From Candidatus Poribacteria bacterium (GTDB lineage Bacteria; Poribacteria; WGA-4E; JAJDTR01), in assembly GCA_965197465.1 (NCBI GenBank), contig OZ240209.1:948713-1012712 (forward strand): DNA of 64,000 nucleotides, written 5' to 3'. Shown here in pieces: positions 44,673-53,646 of this stretch. The notes below the pieces were generated by a model that saw nothing but the letters and a program-made list of their open reading frames with translations, did no database searches and was not told where the DNA came from. The position numbers and the translations under genes are program-made. Each line of letters begins with the position of its first letter. Position 1 is the first letter of the stretch.

Positions 44673-45074
44673 CTAAATAGCCAACACAGTCAACCAATAT
44701 ACGTACGCAGCGTAGGCCAATCCGGATACTGTCATGGCGCATGCAACACTTTTCATCACGAGACTTGATCGTCCTGTTTTGGTAAAATGAAAAGCGATAT
44801 GATTCAGAAGCAACATCAACGCCACTACGAGGTTCAACAGGATTACGGATTGGGGATAACTAGAGTGTCGGGTATAGAAGTAAAAAATGACATTGAAGCC
44901 AAGCAGACAAAGAATTATCGCCAAGTATCCATATTTCCACACAGTTCCAATTGGGTCGGTTATCTCCGCTTCTGTGCCTTTTTTGACGATTTCTCTAACT
45001 ATCTGGTGTTTCCGCTCTTGATCGTCAATCTTGATCTGTAGTTGCCGTTTTTCGGCCTCGGTGAACTGCCTCAT
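44673..45074 (-). CDS. Hypothetical small membrane protein (3-4 TM segments)
   Basis: The track ORF is 44673..45218. The likely start is the internal ATG at 45074 (MRQFTEAEKRQLQ...), followed by hydrophobic segments YGYLAIILCLLGFNVIFYFY, LLNLVVALMLLLNHIAF and VACAMTVSGLAYAAYVYWLTVLAI. Confidence 0.4.
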   Translation of the reverse strand: MRQFTEAEKRQLQIKIDDQERKHQIVREIVKKGTEAEITDPIGTVWKYGYLAIILCLLGFNVIFYFYTRHSSYPQSVILLNLVVALMLLLNHIAFHFTKTGRSSLVMKSVACAMTVSGLAYAAYVYWLTVLAI

Positions 45075-45380
45075 GAGCAGTGTCCCCTTGGAGTTGCTAC
45101 ACGATAATTGCCCGCTTTTGATACATTTCTCATCCCCCACCAATGTAACCGAACCGTTAATATGGCGGCAACCGTAAGGACCTGAAAAACAAAGGTCTCC
45201 CCGAATGTTTTCAATCAAGGAGACCTTAATTTCTTCTAGTGCCCGTCACGTCATACACCTGTTATCGCCCGATTAGCGCCGAGTAATCGTAGGCGCAGCA
45301 GTGTTTCATGCATGCGGTTCCACGTAAGTTCCACATGTATTTCAGGTGTGTAAGACTATAAGCCTAACGCAATGTGGTTC

Positions 45381-45722
45381 TTAATTCTCCACTGTTGCCT
45401 CGAAACCAGCGCCAGTAACAGCAGACGCCAATGTGTCGGCAGTAACCTTGCCGGATTCAATTTTTATGACGGCTCTATCTGGAAGCGAAACAGCCGCATC
45501 GGTAACGCCAGCAATTTCAGAAAGTACAGCCTGCACTTTCGAAACACAGGCACCTCACGTCATATTCGACACGGACAAAGTAATTTCCTCCATTGCGGCG
45601 ACCGCCGTTTTTGATGCTTGAGGAATATCGGTTTTCTCAGTGCTCGCCTTCTTTTCCGACTGACATCCAAGTACCATGGCAATCATGAAAATACAGACTA
45701 GCAGCAACCGAGTAGTGCGCAT
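45381..45722 (-). CDS. Lipoprotein with a heavy-metal-associated (HMA) domain; probable selenoprotein with UGA-encoded Sec in place of the first Cys of GMTCxxC
   Basis: Track ORF 45555..45752 ends ...EEITLSVSNMT at TGA (45555..45557). The same frame continues without a stop as GACVSKVQAVLSEIAGVTDAAVSLPDRAVIKIESGKVTADTLASAVTGAGFEATVEN to TAA at 45381..45383, giving a complete beta-alpha-beta-beta-alpha-beta HMA domain reading NMT-U-GAC. The start at 45722 gives MRTTRLLLVCIFMIAMVLGC (signal peptide plus lipobox). Confidence 0.7.
45515..45544 (-). promoter_or_regulatory. Candidate bacterial SECIS hairpin, starting 11 nt 3' of the in-frame UGA
   Basis: Hand fold of UUUCGAAAGUGCA-GGC-UGUACUUU(C)UGAAA. 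This is a ~13-bp stem with one bulged residue and a GGC apical loop. The upper stem-loop is conserved in the paralog. Confidence 0.4.
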
Positions 45723-45765
45723 GTCTGTCCACCTCCTTTCAAAAGGAATCAAATTTGACTCCTAA

Positions 45766-46125
45766 TCAATTGGCAGCCTTAGCGCCAAATCCCGCGCCTT
45801 CAACGGCGGCGGTCAGATCAGCGGTCGAGACCTTTCCGGGTTCGACGTTAATGGTAGCTGTCTGCAGGTTAACGTTCACATTGGTAACTCCGGGGAGGTT
45901 CGTAAGTGCAGCCTGCACTTTGGCGACGCAGCCTCCTCACGTTACACCTGTGAGACTCAATTTCACTTCTTCCACTTTCGCTGCCGCTGTCGCCGTGTCA
46001 GTCTGTACCGCATCCTGGGCTTGTGCCGGTGCCGGTGACGCCTCGGGAGCCGCCATTTTCTTGCTGCATCCCATCACGACTATCGTTGCAACAAAGCAGA
46101 TTAGTAACGCCCTAATAATACGCAT
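45766..46125 (-). CDS. Lipoprotein with a heavy-metal-associated (HMA) domain; probable selenoprotein (paralog 2)
   Basis: Track ORF 45937..46125 (MRIIRALLICFVATIVVMGC..., lipobox VMGC) ends ...VKLSLTGVT at TGA (45937..45939). The frame continues GGCVAKVQAALTNLPGVTNVNVNLQTATINVEPGKVSTADLTAAVEGAGFGAKAAN to TGA at 45766..45768, reading GVT-U-GGC at the metal-binding CxxC position. Confidence 0.7.
45898..45927 (-). promoter_or_regulatory. Candidate bacterial SECIS hairpin of paralog 2
   Basis: Hand fold of GUCG-CCA-AAGUGCA-GGC-UGCACUU-A-CGA(A)C. The upper 7-bp stem plus GGC loop is identical to paralog 1, except that one G-C pair replaces a G-U pair. Confidence 0.35.
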
Positions 46126-46246
46126 TTTAATTCTCCTTCTTTCCTGAATAGGGATTTAAACCCCGTGGCTGGGGACTCCTCCTGATTCTATCTGAATTGG
46201 CGCTCGGTTGTCAAGCCCTATTGTCTTGGTGTTTGGAGAATAATAC

Positions 46247-46276
46247 TTGACAGCCGAATCAGAAACAGAGTAAAAT
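46247..46276 (+). promoter_or_regulatory. Candidate sigma70 promoter (TTGACA-18 nt-TAAAAT)
   Basis: ttgaca is at 46247..46252 and taaaat at 46271..46276, ~30 nt upstream of the ThDP-enzyme ATG at 46307. Confidence 0.4.
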
Positions 46277-46306
46277 TGGAAAAATTCGGATAAGGAAAAT
46301 TCAAAG

Positions 46307-47971
46307 ATGGCAATCTTAGAAGGCGGGCAGATTCTCGCTAAAGCGTTGAAGCTAGAAGATGTTGAATACTTGTTTACGCTTTGTGGCGGGACTATCGAAT
46401 CAATTTATGACGGGTGTCTCAGAGAGGACATCAAGATTATTGATGTGCGCGTAGATCAATCCGCCACAATGATGGCGGACGCCTATGCGCGTGTTACCGG
46501 GAGAGCGGGTGTGAGTGCTGTGACCAGAGGTCCTGGCCACGCAAATATGATATACGGCTTGGCAACCGCCTATATGGTCGGCAGCCCGTTGTTCGCGTTG
46601 AGCGGCAACAGTGACGCGGACCAACTCGACATGGGCGGCTCCCAAGAATACAATCAGATTGGCTTGGTGAAGCCGATAACCAAATGGGCTAGGTTGGTCA
46701 TGCAAACGGAACGTCTGCCGGAATTTGTGGCGGGTGGGTTCCGAAAGCTTTGGGCAGGCCGTCCTGGTCCGGCGCATCTGAGCGTACCCTACGATATTCT
46801 GTACGACAAGATTGATGATGCCAATCTGAGCTATTCCAAGGTTGCGGAATATCGATCAACCGCCCGGATATGCGGCGACCCGGAGCTAATTGACGGTGCG
46901 TTAAGGCTACTGTCCAAAGCAAAAAACCCGGTAGTCGTTGCGGGCGGGTTAGTTCACTGGCATAGTGCAGCGGGCGCTCTACTGGATTTTGTTGAGGCAA
47001 CAAGCATTCCATTCTTTTCCAAAGAAAGCGATGTCAACGCAATCGATCGCGCACATCCACTCTTTTTTGGCAAGGCGACGGGTAGATTCGCTAGTGCCGC
47101 GAAAGAACTTCGGAACGCTGACGTGGTTCTCATGTTGGGCGTAACGCTCGATAAGACGATTGACTACGGGGGCCCGCCCCTCTTTGATAAGGATGCGACA
47201 TTCATTAATGTTGATATCAATGTTGACGAAATGGGGAAGAACCGCCCCTTTGAAGTCGGTATCGTCGGGGATATGAAATCGGTATTGACGGAGATGACCA
47301 ACTCGGCGGATGGACACGACTTTCACAAGCCGAGCGACTGGATCGAGCGCTTGAACCTTGCCCGTGAGGAATTCTTGCATCGGGTGTCTGCAGCGGAGAA
47401 TTCCGATTCTGTTCCTGTGCACCCGTTGCGTATTTGCAGAGAGGTTCGTGAACTGTTTGGTGACGACGCGACGATCTCCATTGACGGTGGAGATACAGCA
47501 CTGTTTTCTTATATGGCATTCAACCACTACCACCCAGCACACTTCCTATCTACAGGTCCCATCGGTGGGATTGGTCAGGGTGTGCCTTTCGCACTCGCCG
47601 GCAAGTTGGCAAGACCGGATAAACCGAGCGTTTTGATAAGCGGCGACGGCGCCTTTGGCTATGGGGTCATCGAATACGATGTCGGCCTCAAACACAATCT
47701 ACCCATCATCACAATCGTCTCAAGCGATCAGGCATGGGGCATCGTTCGTCACCCACAAATTAAGCGGTACGGTTTGGAGCGCGCCGTTGCCACAGATCTT
47801 CGGTCCGTAAACTACGAGCGCGTTGTGGGAGCACTCGGTTGCTATGGTGAACTTGTCACTAAACCGGCCGAAATTCGACCTGCATTGCAGCGAGCCGCAG
47901 ACGCAGGTGTGCCGGCTGTGATTAATGTTCCTACGGTGTTTACCAGCGCAGAAGCTTTCTACCCGCAATGA
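46307..47971 (+). CDS. Thiamine diphosphate-dependent enzyme (acetolactate synthase / oxalyl-CoA decarboxylase-like family)
   Basis: 554-aa ORF with an N-terminal Pyr domain (VEYLFTLCGGTIESIYD..., TRGPGHANM). The ThDP-binding motif is ISGDGAFGY...N..PIITIVSSDQAWG. Confidence 0.85.
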   Translation: MAILEGGQILAKALKLEDVEYLFTLCGGTIESIYDGCLREDIKIIDVRVDQSATMMADAYARVTGRAGVSAVTRGPGHANMIYGLATAYMVGSPLFALSGNSDADQLDMGGSQEYNQIGLVKPITKWARLVMQTERLPEFVAGGFRKLWAGRPGPAHLSVPYDILYDKIDDANLSYSKVAEYRSTARICGDPELIDGALRLLSKAKNPVVVAGGLVHWHSAAGALLDFVEATSIPFFSKESDVNAIDRAHPLFFGKATGRFASAAKELRNADVVLMLGVTLDKTIDYGGPPLFDKDATFINVDINVDEMGKNRPFEVGIVGDMKSVLTEMTNSADGHDFHKPSDWIERLNLAREEFLHRVSAAENSDSVPVHPLRICREVRELFGDDATISIDGGDTALFSYMAFNHYHPAHFLSTGPIGGIGQGVPFALAGKLARPDKPSVLISGDGAFGYGVIEYDVGLKHNLPIITIVSSDQAWGIVRHPQIKRYGLERAVATDLRSVNYERVVGALGCYGELVTKPAEIRPALQRAADAGVPAVINVPTVFTSAEAFYPQ

Positions 47972-48135
47972 ACGGGGAGTAGTAGGTCTTAATTGCGTTC
48001 CAACCGCATTGTTTAACCGACACTGCCCGAAACAATTAAATCTCGTTACTAGATTTGTATAATCTGCACCGTCCTACAAAACCTGCGTAGACAAGGGGCA
48101 TTTCCCCCCGATGGCGCCAGCGTCCGAATTTTTTC

Positions 48136-49275
48136 ATGCCGAATGCCCGGTTTTTTGCCACCACCGCTAAAGGGGTTGAGCCCGTCCTTGCCAAGGAACT
48201 CAAGGGGTTAGGGGTCGAAAACCTTAAGACCGCCAGGGGTGGCGTACATTTTGAGGGTTCGATGGAAACCCTGTATCGAACCAATCTCTGGCTTCGCACA
48301 GCGAACCGGGTGCTAATGCAGCTTGCCGTATTTCCGTGCCCTACACCGCAAGTCCTGTACCAAAATGCGCGCGACATCCGCTGGAGTGATTGGATCTCCG
48401 CGCAGCAAACACTGGCTGTCGATTGCAACTGCCGGGATTCGGCAATCACCCACTCCCACTACGCTGCCCAGAAGATTAAGGATGCGGTTGTCGATCAAAT
48501 CCGTGATAGTACCGGAAGCCGCCCGAGCGTAGACGCGCGGAATCCAGATATCCGAGTCAATGCCCACATTGCAAACGATACCTGTGTCCTAAGCCTCGAC
48601 GCTTCCGGGGATGGTTTGCACATGCGAGGCTATCGTCGCCAAACGACAGATGCTCCGATTCGGGAAACTCTGGCGGCAGCTATCGTTGAGTTGGCTGACT
48701 GGAACTCCGAAGGATTCTTCATCGATCCGATGTGCGGGTCGGGTACCATCCTGATTGAAGCCGCCCTGAGGGCTCTTGATTATGCACCGGGACTTCTGCG
48801 TGCTGGCAATCGATCTTTTGGCTTTCAACGCTGGCGTGGATTCAACCAAGCACGTTGGGACCAGATAATCCGTGAAGCAAGGAATCGGATTCGTGAGAAG
48901 ATTCCCGGCAGACTACTCGGGTACGACCTTTCACGTACGGCGGTCGACATAGCCAAGAAGAATATAAGCATGGCATGCCTGACAGATCGGATTCGTGTGG
49001 CAAGAGGAAATGTGTTAAACCTGAACCCCTCTGGACACACCGGTGTTATAGTCTGCAATCTGCCGTTCGGTGAGCGCTCCGGTGACGTGGAGGAACTTGC
49101 CCCACTCTACAAAGGGTTTGGCGACATCCTCAAGCAACGCTGCACCGGCTACAAGGCGTACCTTTTCACTGGCAACTTGAAGCTGGCGAAATCCATCGGC
49201 CTGCGCCCATCTCGCCGTTTTGCCCTATACAATGGCCCAATTGAGTGTCGTCTTCTAGAATACGAGTTGTATTAG
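48136..49275 (+). CDS. THUMP domain-containing class I SAM-dependent RNA methyltransferase (RlmL/UPF0020-like)
   Basis: 379-aa ORF with a THUMP-like N-terminus (FFATTAKGVEPVLAKELKGLG). Further motifs are RGYR...APIRETLAAAI, DPMCGSGTILIEAA and CNLPFGER (motif IV). Confidence 0.8.
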   Translation: MPNARFFATTAKGVEPVLAKELKGLGVENLKTARGGVHFEGSMETLYRTNLWLRTANRVLMQLAVFPCPTPQVLYQNARDIRWSDWISAQQTLAVDCNCRDSAITHSHYAAQKIKDAVVDQIRDSTGSRPSVDARNPDIRVNAHIANDTCVLSLDASGDGLHMRGYRRQTTDAPIRETLAAAIVELADWNSEGFFIDPMCGSGTILIEAALRALDYAPGLLRAGNRSFGFQRWRGFNQARWDQIIREARNRIREKIPGRLLGYDLSRTAVDIAKKNISMACLTDRIRVARGNVLNLNPSGHTGVIVCNLPFGERSGDVEELAPLYKGFGDILKQRCTGYKAYLFTGNLKLAKSIGLRPSRRFALYNGPIECRLLEYELY

Positions 49276-49368
49276 TAGGTAGTCCTATCAGAGATAGCAA
49301 CCGATTGTTTCCGAGGCAACTTCTACGGCTCTCAACGGAGCTTCATCTGGATAAAGAATAAGCCAAGC

Positions 49369-50565
49369 ATGAGAAGTGCCAACTCAATGGTGTCGCAGAA
49401 ATCAACGCTCTTCACGGAGTCCGTCATCAGGGGGATGACACAGCTCTGCATCCGCCACGGCGCTATCAATCTCTCGCAAGGGACACCCGGTTTCGAACCA
49501 CCCGAAGAAGTCAAACAAGCGGTGGTGGCTGCCGTACGTAATGGCTATAACCAATATAGCATCACTTGGGGGGCGCCGAGCCTGCGACAAGCCATTGCAC
49601 AGAAGATGACAACCTTCAACGACATTCCGACCGATCCTGATCTGAATGTGACGGTCACTTGCGGTGCCACCGAAGGAATGATGTCGGCGATGTTGGCGAT
49701 CATCAATCCCGGCGATGAGGTGATTGTTTTTGAACCGTTTTATGAGAACTACGGTCCCGATGTCATCATCTCTGGCGCACAGCCGGTCTATGTTCCGTTG
49801 CGTGATACGAAAACGGAAGATGGCGCCGTTGGGTTGGCGTATGACCTTGACGAACTTCGTCGTGCATTCAGTGATAGCACGAAAGCAATAATCTTGAACA
49901 CTCCGAATAATCCACTCGGTAAGGTCTTCGGGCATGATGAACTAAAGGAAATTGCGGCGCTCTGCTGCGAATTCGACTGCCTCGCCGTTACGGACGAGAT
50001 TTACGAACATCTGATCTACGACGATCAACCGCATATTAGCATCGGCTCTTTCCCGGAAATGCGCGAACGGACAATAACCGTGTCGGGTTTGAGCAAGACC
50101 TACTCAATGACAGGATGGCGACTGGGATATGTCATTGCCCCGCAGTATCTGACAGATGCCATTCGTAAATTTCACGACTTTTTGACCGTTGGAGCACCAC
50201 ACCCATTGCAAGAGGCGGCCACGGTTGCTCTAGGTTTAGGCGCTGAATACTATCGCACCATGGTTGAGGAATATGACGCAAGACGGAAAACCTTCTTGCA
50301 GTTACTGATTGACGCGGGTTTTCATTGTTATCCGCCGGAGGGCGCCTACTATATCATGACAGAAATTGGTGATTTCGGTTTTGAGGATGACACGAAGTTT
50401 GCACATTGGCTTGTCAAGGAGATTGGAGTCGGCGGGGTGCCAGGATCCAGTTTCTATAGCTGTCCGCAACTTGGTCGGACAAAGCTGAGGTTTATGTACA
50501 GCAAACCAGAATCAGTTTTGATAGAAGTCGGTGAAAAGTTGATGAAAATCCGTGAGAAGATATAA
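49369..50565 (+). CDS. Pyridoxal-phosphate-dependent aminotransferase, class I/II (aspartate/methionine/kynurenine aminotransferase-like)
   Basis: 398-aa ORF. Motifs are INLSQGTPGFEPP, NTPNNPLGKVF and the PLP lysine context GLSKTYSMTGWRLGY. Confidence 0.85.
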   Translation: MRSANSMVSQKSTLFTESVIRGMTQLCIRHGAINLSQGTPGFEPPEEVKQAVVAAVRNGYNQYSITWGAPSLRQAIAQKMTTFNDIPTDPDLNVTVTCGATEGMMSAMLAIINPGDEVIVFEPFYENYGPDVIISGAQPVYVPLRDTKTEDGAVGLAYDLDELRRAFSDSTKAIILNTPNNPLGKVFGHDELKEIAALCCEFDCLAVTDEIYEHLIYDDQPHISIGSFPEMRERTITVSGLSKTYSMTGWRLGYVIAPQYLTDAIRKFHDFLTVGAPHPLQEAATVALGLGAEYYRTMVEEYDARRKTFLQLLIDAGFHCYPPEGAYYIMTEIGDFGFEDDTKFAHWLVKEIGVGGVPGSSFYSCPQLGRTKLRFMYSKPESVLIEVGEKLMKIREKI

Positions 50566-50924
50566 TTTGCGTAAACGATTTTAGGGAATATCCTGTCTCA
50601 AGTCTGACAGGACGTTGTCTATCATGATTGCTTGTTAAGATTTGCGCACCTTGAAGTCTGAAAATCGAAATTCGATTGCGTTTCGCGTTACTGGGCTTCA
50701 TGGACTTAAGGCAAACCTCTAAGGGAGCCACGCGGTTGGATTTGGGCCGCCGATGAGCTTGACGGCGCCAACAATCTCGTTAATTGATACTGCAGGACAC
50801 TGCAATCGATTTCCCTGTCGGTAACCTTGCAGAAGTCGCGTCTGTTTTGTAACTTGAAGGCGCGCGAGACGTTATACTAGATTTGGGCTCAAACGCTACA
50901 CTACTAAATCAAAAAGGAGATTAA

Positions 50925-51542
50925 ATGAAACACCTAAACGCCCATTTACTAACACTCTTTTCACTCCTCTTGCTATTGAGATGGGCACCCGACTCCGAAG
51001 CGCGGGCATTCAGGCTAGCGAAACTTCCTGGCGGAGGGCCCAATTTCGGGTGTGCTGCGTGTCATATCAATCCTGGTGGCGGTGGGGAGCGAAACGCCTT
51101 CGGGCTAGATTACGAAGCAATAGGGCTAGCTGCTGGCGATGTGTACACCGACGAGTTAGGCCAAAAAGATTCGGACGGCGATGGCTTCTCTAACGATGAA
51201 GAGTTCAATTCTAATCCACCGACTGAGCCATGGAATCGCGATTCCCGCCCACCGAACGTGGCTGTGGAGCCACTCGGAAAGATGTTTGCGGTCTGGGCGC
51301 GGCTCAAGCTAGAACCGATTGGATCAGGTAGTCACTTCCAATCTACGTCTAAGAACACAGTTCCAGCATTGGCCACGACCTTCAAACGAACCCCTCAACC
51401 GATTCATCGGGAAGATTCCGCAGAAATTGAAGAGAACTCTTCAGTGGCAAAGGATCGGATTGTATCAGCAAATAAGCCTTTCACAAAAAGCTTGAAGAAA
51501 AACTTCAAGGCTGGCGCAAAATTGCGTGCGGCAAGCAAGTAG
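50925..51542 (+). CDS. Secreted putative c-type haem protein (single CxxCH) with a thrombospondin-type-3-like Ca-binding motif
   Basis: 205-aa ORF with a signal peptide (LLTLFSLLLLLRWAPDSEA). It has GCAACHINPGGGGERNAFG (CxxCH) and DSDGDGFSNDEE. The last ~80 aa are low-complexity and basic and may not be genuine coding sequence. Confidence 0.45.
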   Translation: MKHLNAHLLTLFSLLLLLRWAPDSEARAFRLAKLPGGGPNFGCAACHINPGGGGERNAFGLDYEAIGLAAGDVYTDELGQKDSDGDGFSNDEEFNSNPPTEPWNRDSRPPNVAVEPLGKMFAVWARLKLEPIGSGSHFQSTSKNTVPALATTFKRTPQPIHREDSAEIEENSSVAKDRIVSANKPFTKSLKKNFKAGAKLRAASK

Positions 51543-52037
51543 TAGGCTATTGGTAGTAGGCTATTGGCCATAGGATGCACGCTGGAGAACCTCTAAAGAC
51601 TTGGAGTTCACTGCTTCTTTGCCCAAAAACACGAACTACGGTGCTTGGTGCGGCAGGCGACTATGCCCTGTTGTAAAACTCCTAACGACGATTGTTGACA
51701 ACAGATTAACAATTTGCAATCGAAAATCGCTTCTACGGTTCTAGCGCGTGTGTCCTAACATATCTGTCCAATGCACGTTAAGAAAGTGGCGTCCTCGGCG
51801 AGTTGCCTTACGTGAATCTGCAAGCGGGGTTAGTCACACCCTTTCTTCCGATACCCCCAAGACCGTTGGTCAAGGTAAAGACCTGATTGGCATCGAGGGC
51901 GATCTCAAGAAGTCGTTCGGCTAGTTGAAACCTAGATTCGGGGGCTGTTTCTACTAATCTCAGGTTGAGGCCAGCTGAATTCTCGTGTTGAGGGCATCGC
52001 TTTCCACTCTTACACCACGAATGCAGTCATTATACAA

Positions 52038-53462
52038 ATGGAAATGAATACAAACGTGAAACATCTGTGTCTGCGGATACCCTTGTTCCCTTGGTTACTC
52101 GTAATCATCGCTTCATCTATCGGGGCGGAAGCCGTCGACAATACTCACCATCAGAAAACCTTGAACTTGACGCTTGAAGAGAGCATTGTACGGGCTCAGG
52201 CAAACAATTTGAACGTTCTTTCACTCAAAGAGAAAGTTCGAACCGCTGAAGCCCAGGTTCGAGTCGCACGGGCTCGCCTTTTACCATACGTATCCGTTAC
52301 CAGCAACTACACGTATTTTAAAGACTTGTCCCGGTCTGTTCTTGAATTTGGCAATGGCGGGTTCCCGGCGTTTCCTAGTGTGGATGGCATGGCACAGAAC
52401 GGAGGGGATGGTTCGGAGCAGTCAGTCATTGAGATTGAATTCGGTGCGCATCACAACCTCCAAGCAACGCTCGGTCTGCGCCAGCCTGTCTTTGCGTGGG
52501 GTCGCTATTTCAAGGCGTATCAAGGGGCACAACTGGATTTGGAAGCTGTAAGAACTGAGTTGCAGTCGGGCTTAAATCAACTTTCCCTTGACGTGTCGGA
52601 AGCATTTCACGGCGTACTCCTCGCACAAGAATTCGCGAAAGTTGCGCGGCAAAGCGTCGCTCTCGTGCAAGAGCAACTCAATATGGCACAAAAGCGGTTT
52701 GACGCAGGCGCCGTCACAAACTTTGATGTGTTGCGTGCCGAGGTACAGTTGGCTAATACCAAAACTCAACTGATACAGGCGCGAAATCGTGTAGTCGTTG
52801 CCCAAAACGCCTTCAAAAACCTACTCAACATCGATCTTGCTGACGAGATTCACCTGACCGGAAGTTTCAAGTTCCTAGAGGAATCAGATCTCGAACTCGA
52901 CGCTCTTATGCTACTAGCCAAGGAGAACCGTCCTGAGATTCAGCAACTTGAACTCAGTGAGGCTGCCGGTCAGAAGCGTGTAGATGTCGCGAAAACAGGC
53001 AATCGTCCTGATGTCTCCCTGTTTTCAAACTATCAAGTTGATGACAACGAAAAACTCACGAAGATGAACCGCATCTGGAATATCGGTGTACAGATTAACA
53101 TCCCAATCTTTGATGGCATCGCGACTCGGGCAACCGTACAGCAGGCGAAATCCGGGTTGAAACAGACGCAACTTGCCAAACAGCAAAGAATCAATATTGT
53201 AGAATTTGAGGTAAGGACGGCTTATCTCAACCTCATACAGGCGAAGTCATCAATTGCTGTGCAGAAGGAGACAGTAGCCCAAGCCGTGGAAAGTATGCGG
53301 ATCGCAAATCTGCGTTACGACAACGGGATGCTTACCAGCGTCGAGTTGACTGATACACAACTCGCTCTTGCCCAAGCAGAAGTCAATCATCTTCAAGCGA
53401 GACACGATTATGTAGTCGAATTTGCGCGGTTGGAGAGAGCGGTAGGCCAGCCATTGAGGTAA
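52038..53462 (+). CDS. TolC family outer-membrane efflux protein
   Basis: 474-aa ORF with a signal peptide. It has two OEP repeats with the typical LTLEESIVRAQANN start, plus ...RFDAGAVTNFDVLRAEVQLANTK... and ...RYDNGMLTSVELTDTQLALAQAE... Confidence 0.8.
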   Translation: MEMNTNVKHLCLRIPLFPWLLVIIASSIGAEAVDNTHHQKTLNLTLEESIVRAQANNLNVLSLKEKVRTAEAQVRVARARLLPYVSVTSNYTYFKDLSRSVLEFGNGGFPAFPSVDGMAQNGGDGSEQSVIEIEFGAHHNLQATLGLRQPVFAWGRYFKAYQGAQLDLEAVRTELQSGLNQLSLDVSEAFHGVLLAQEFAKVARQSVALVQEQLNMAQKRFDAGAVTNFDVLRAEVQLANTKTQLIQARNRVVVAQNAFKNLLNIDLADEIHLTGSFKFLEESDLELDALMLLAKENRPEIQQLELSEAAGQKRVDVAKTGNRPDVSLFSNYQVDDNEKLTKMNRIWNIGVQINIPIFDGIATRATVQQAKSGLKQTQLAKQQRINIVEFEVRTAYLNLIQAKSSIAVQKETVAQAVESMRIANLRYDNGMLTSVELTDTQLALAQAEVNHLQARHDYVVEFARLERAVGQPLR

Positions 53463-53646
53463 ACGCTGCCGGTATAACTACGGCCGGAAACAACCGGGGG
53501 CAGAGATCGGAAAGAAATAAGATTATTCTGAACTTTCACACCTTCGCGGCTAATTGCCTCGCAGTTTGACCACATTCGCAGGTGTGCAAGGCTAGGAGGG
53601 TTGATAAACTCGCGACAGATTTGCACACTTACGGCTTAGATCAAAT

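Noticed and set aside
45555-46125. Reading the two short ORFs (65 aa and 62 aa) as complete small proteins, as pseudogenes, or as evidence for a TGA-reassigned genetic code
   Set aside because: Each stops in the middle of an HMA fold that continues in frame. Two paralogs interrupted at the same catalytic position makes decay unlikely. TGA clearly terminates other well-supported genes here (for example 39500..39502 and 45766..45768), so code 4/25 is not supported. The antisense plus-strand ORFs 45372..45621 and 45755..46147 are treated as spurious.
51539-51566. The tandem 14-nt duplication gtagtaggctattg x2 as a repeat feature in its own right
   Set aside because: There are only two copies, they are very short, and I saw no other copies in the window. 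It is noted only in connection with the stop codon of the CxxCH gene.
51543-52037. A possible gene remnant in the 495-bp gap upstream of TolC (the minus strand reads ...AERLLEIALDANQVFTLTNGLGGIGRKG...)
   Set aside because: It is a short open stretch without a start codon or recognisable family motif. There is not enough evidence to call a pseudogene.
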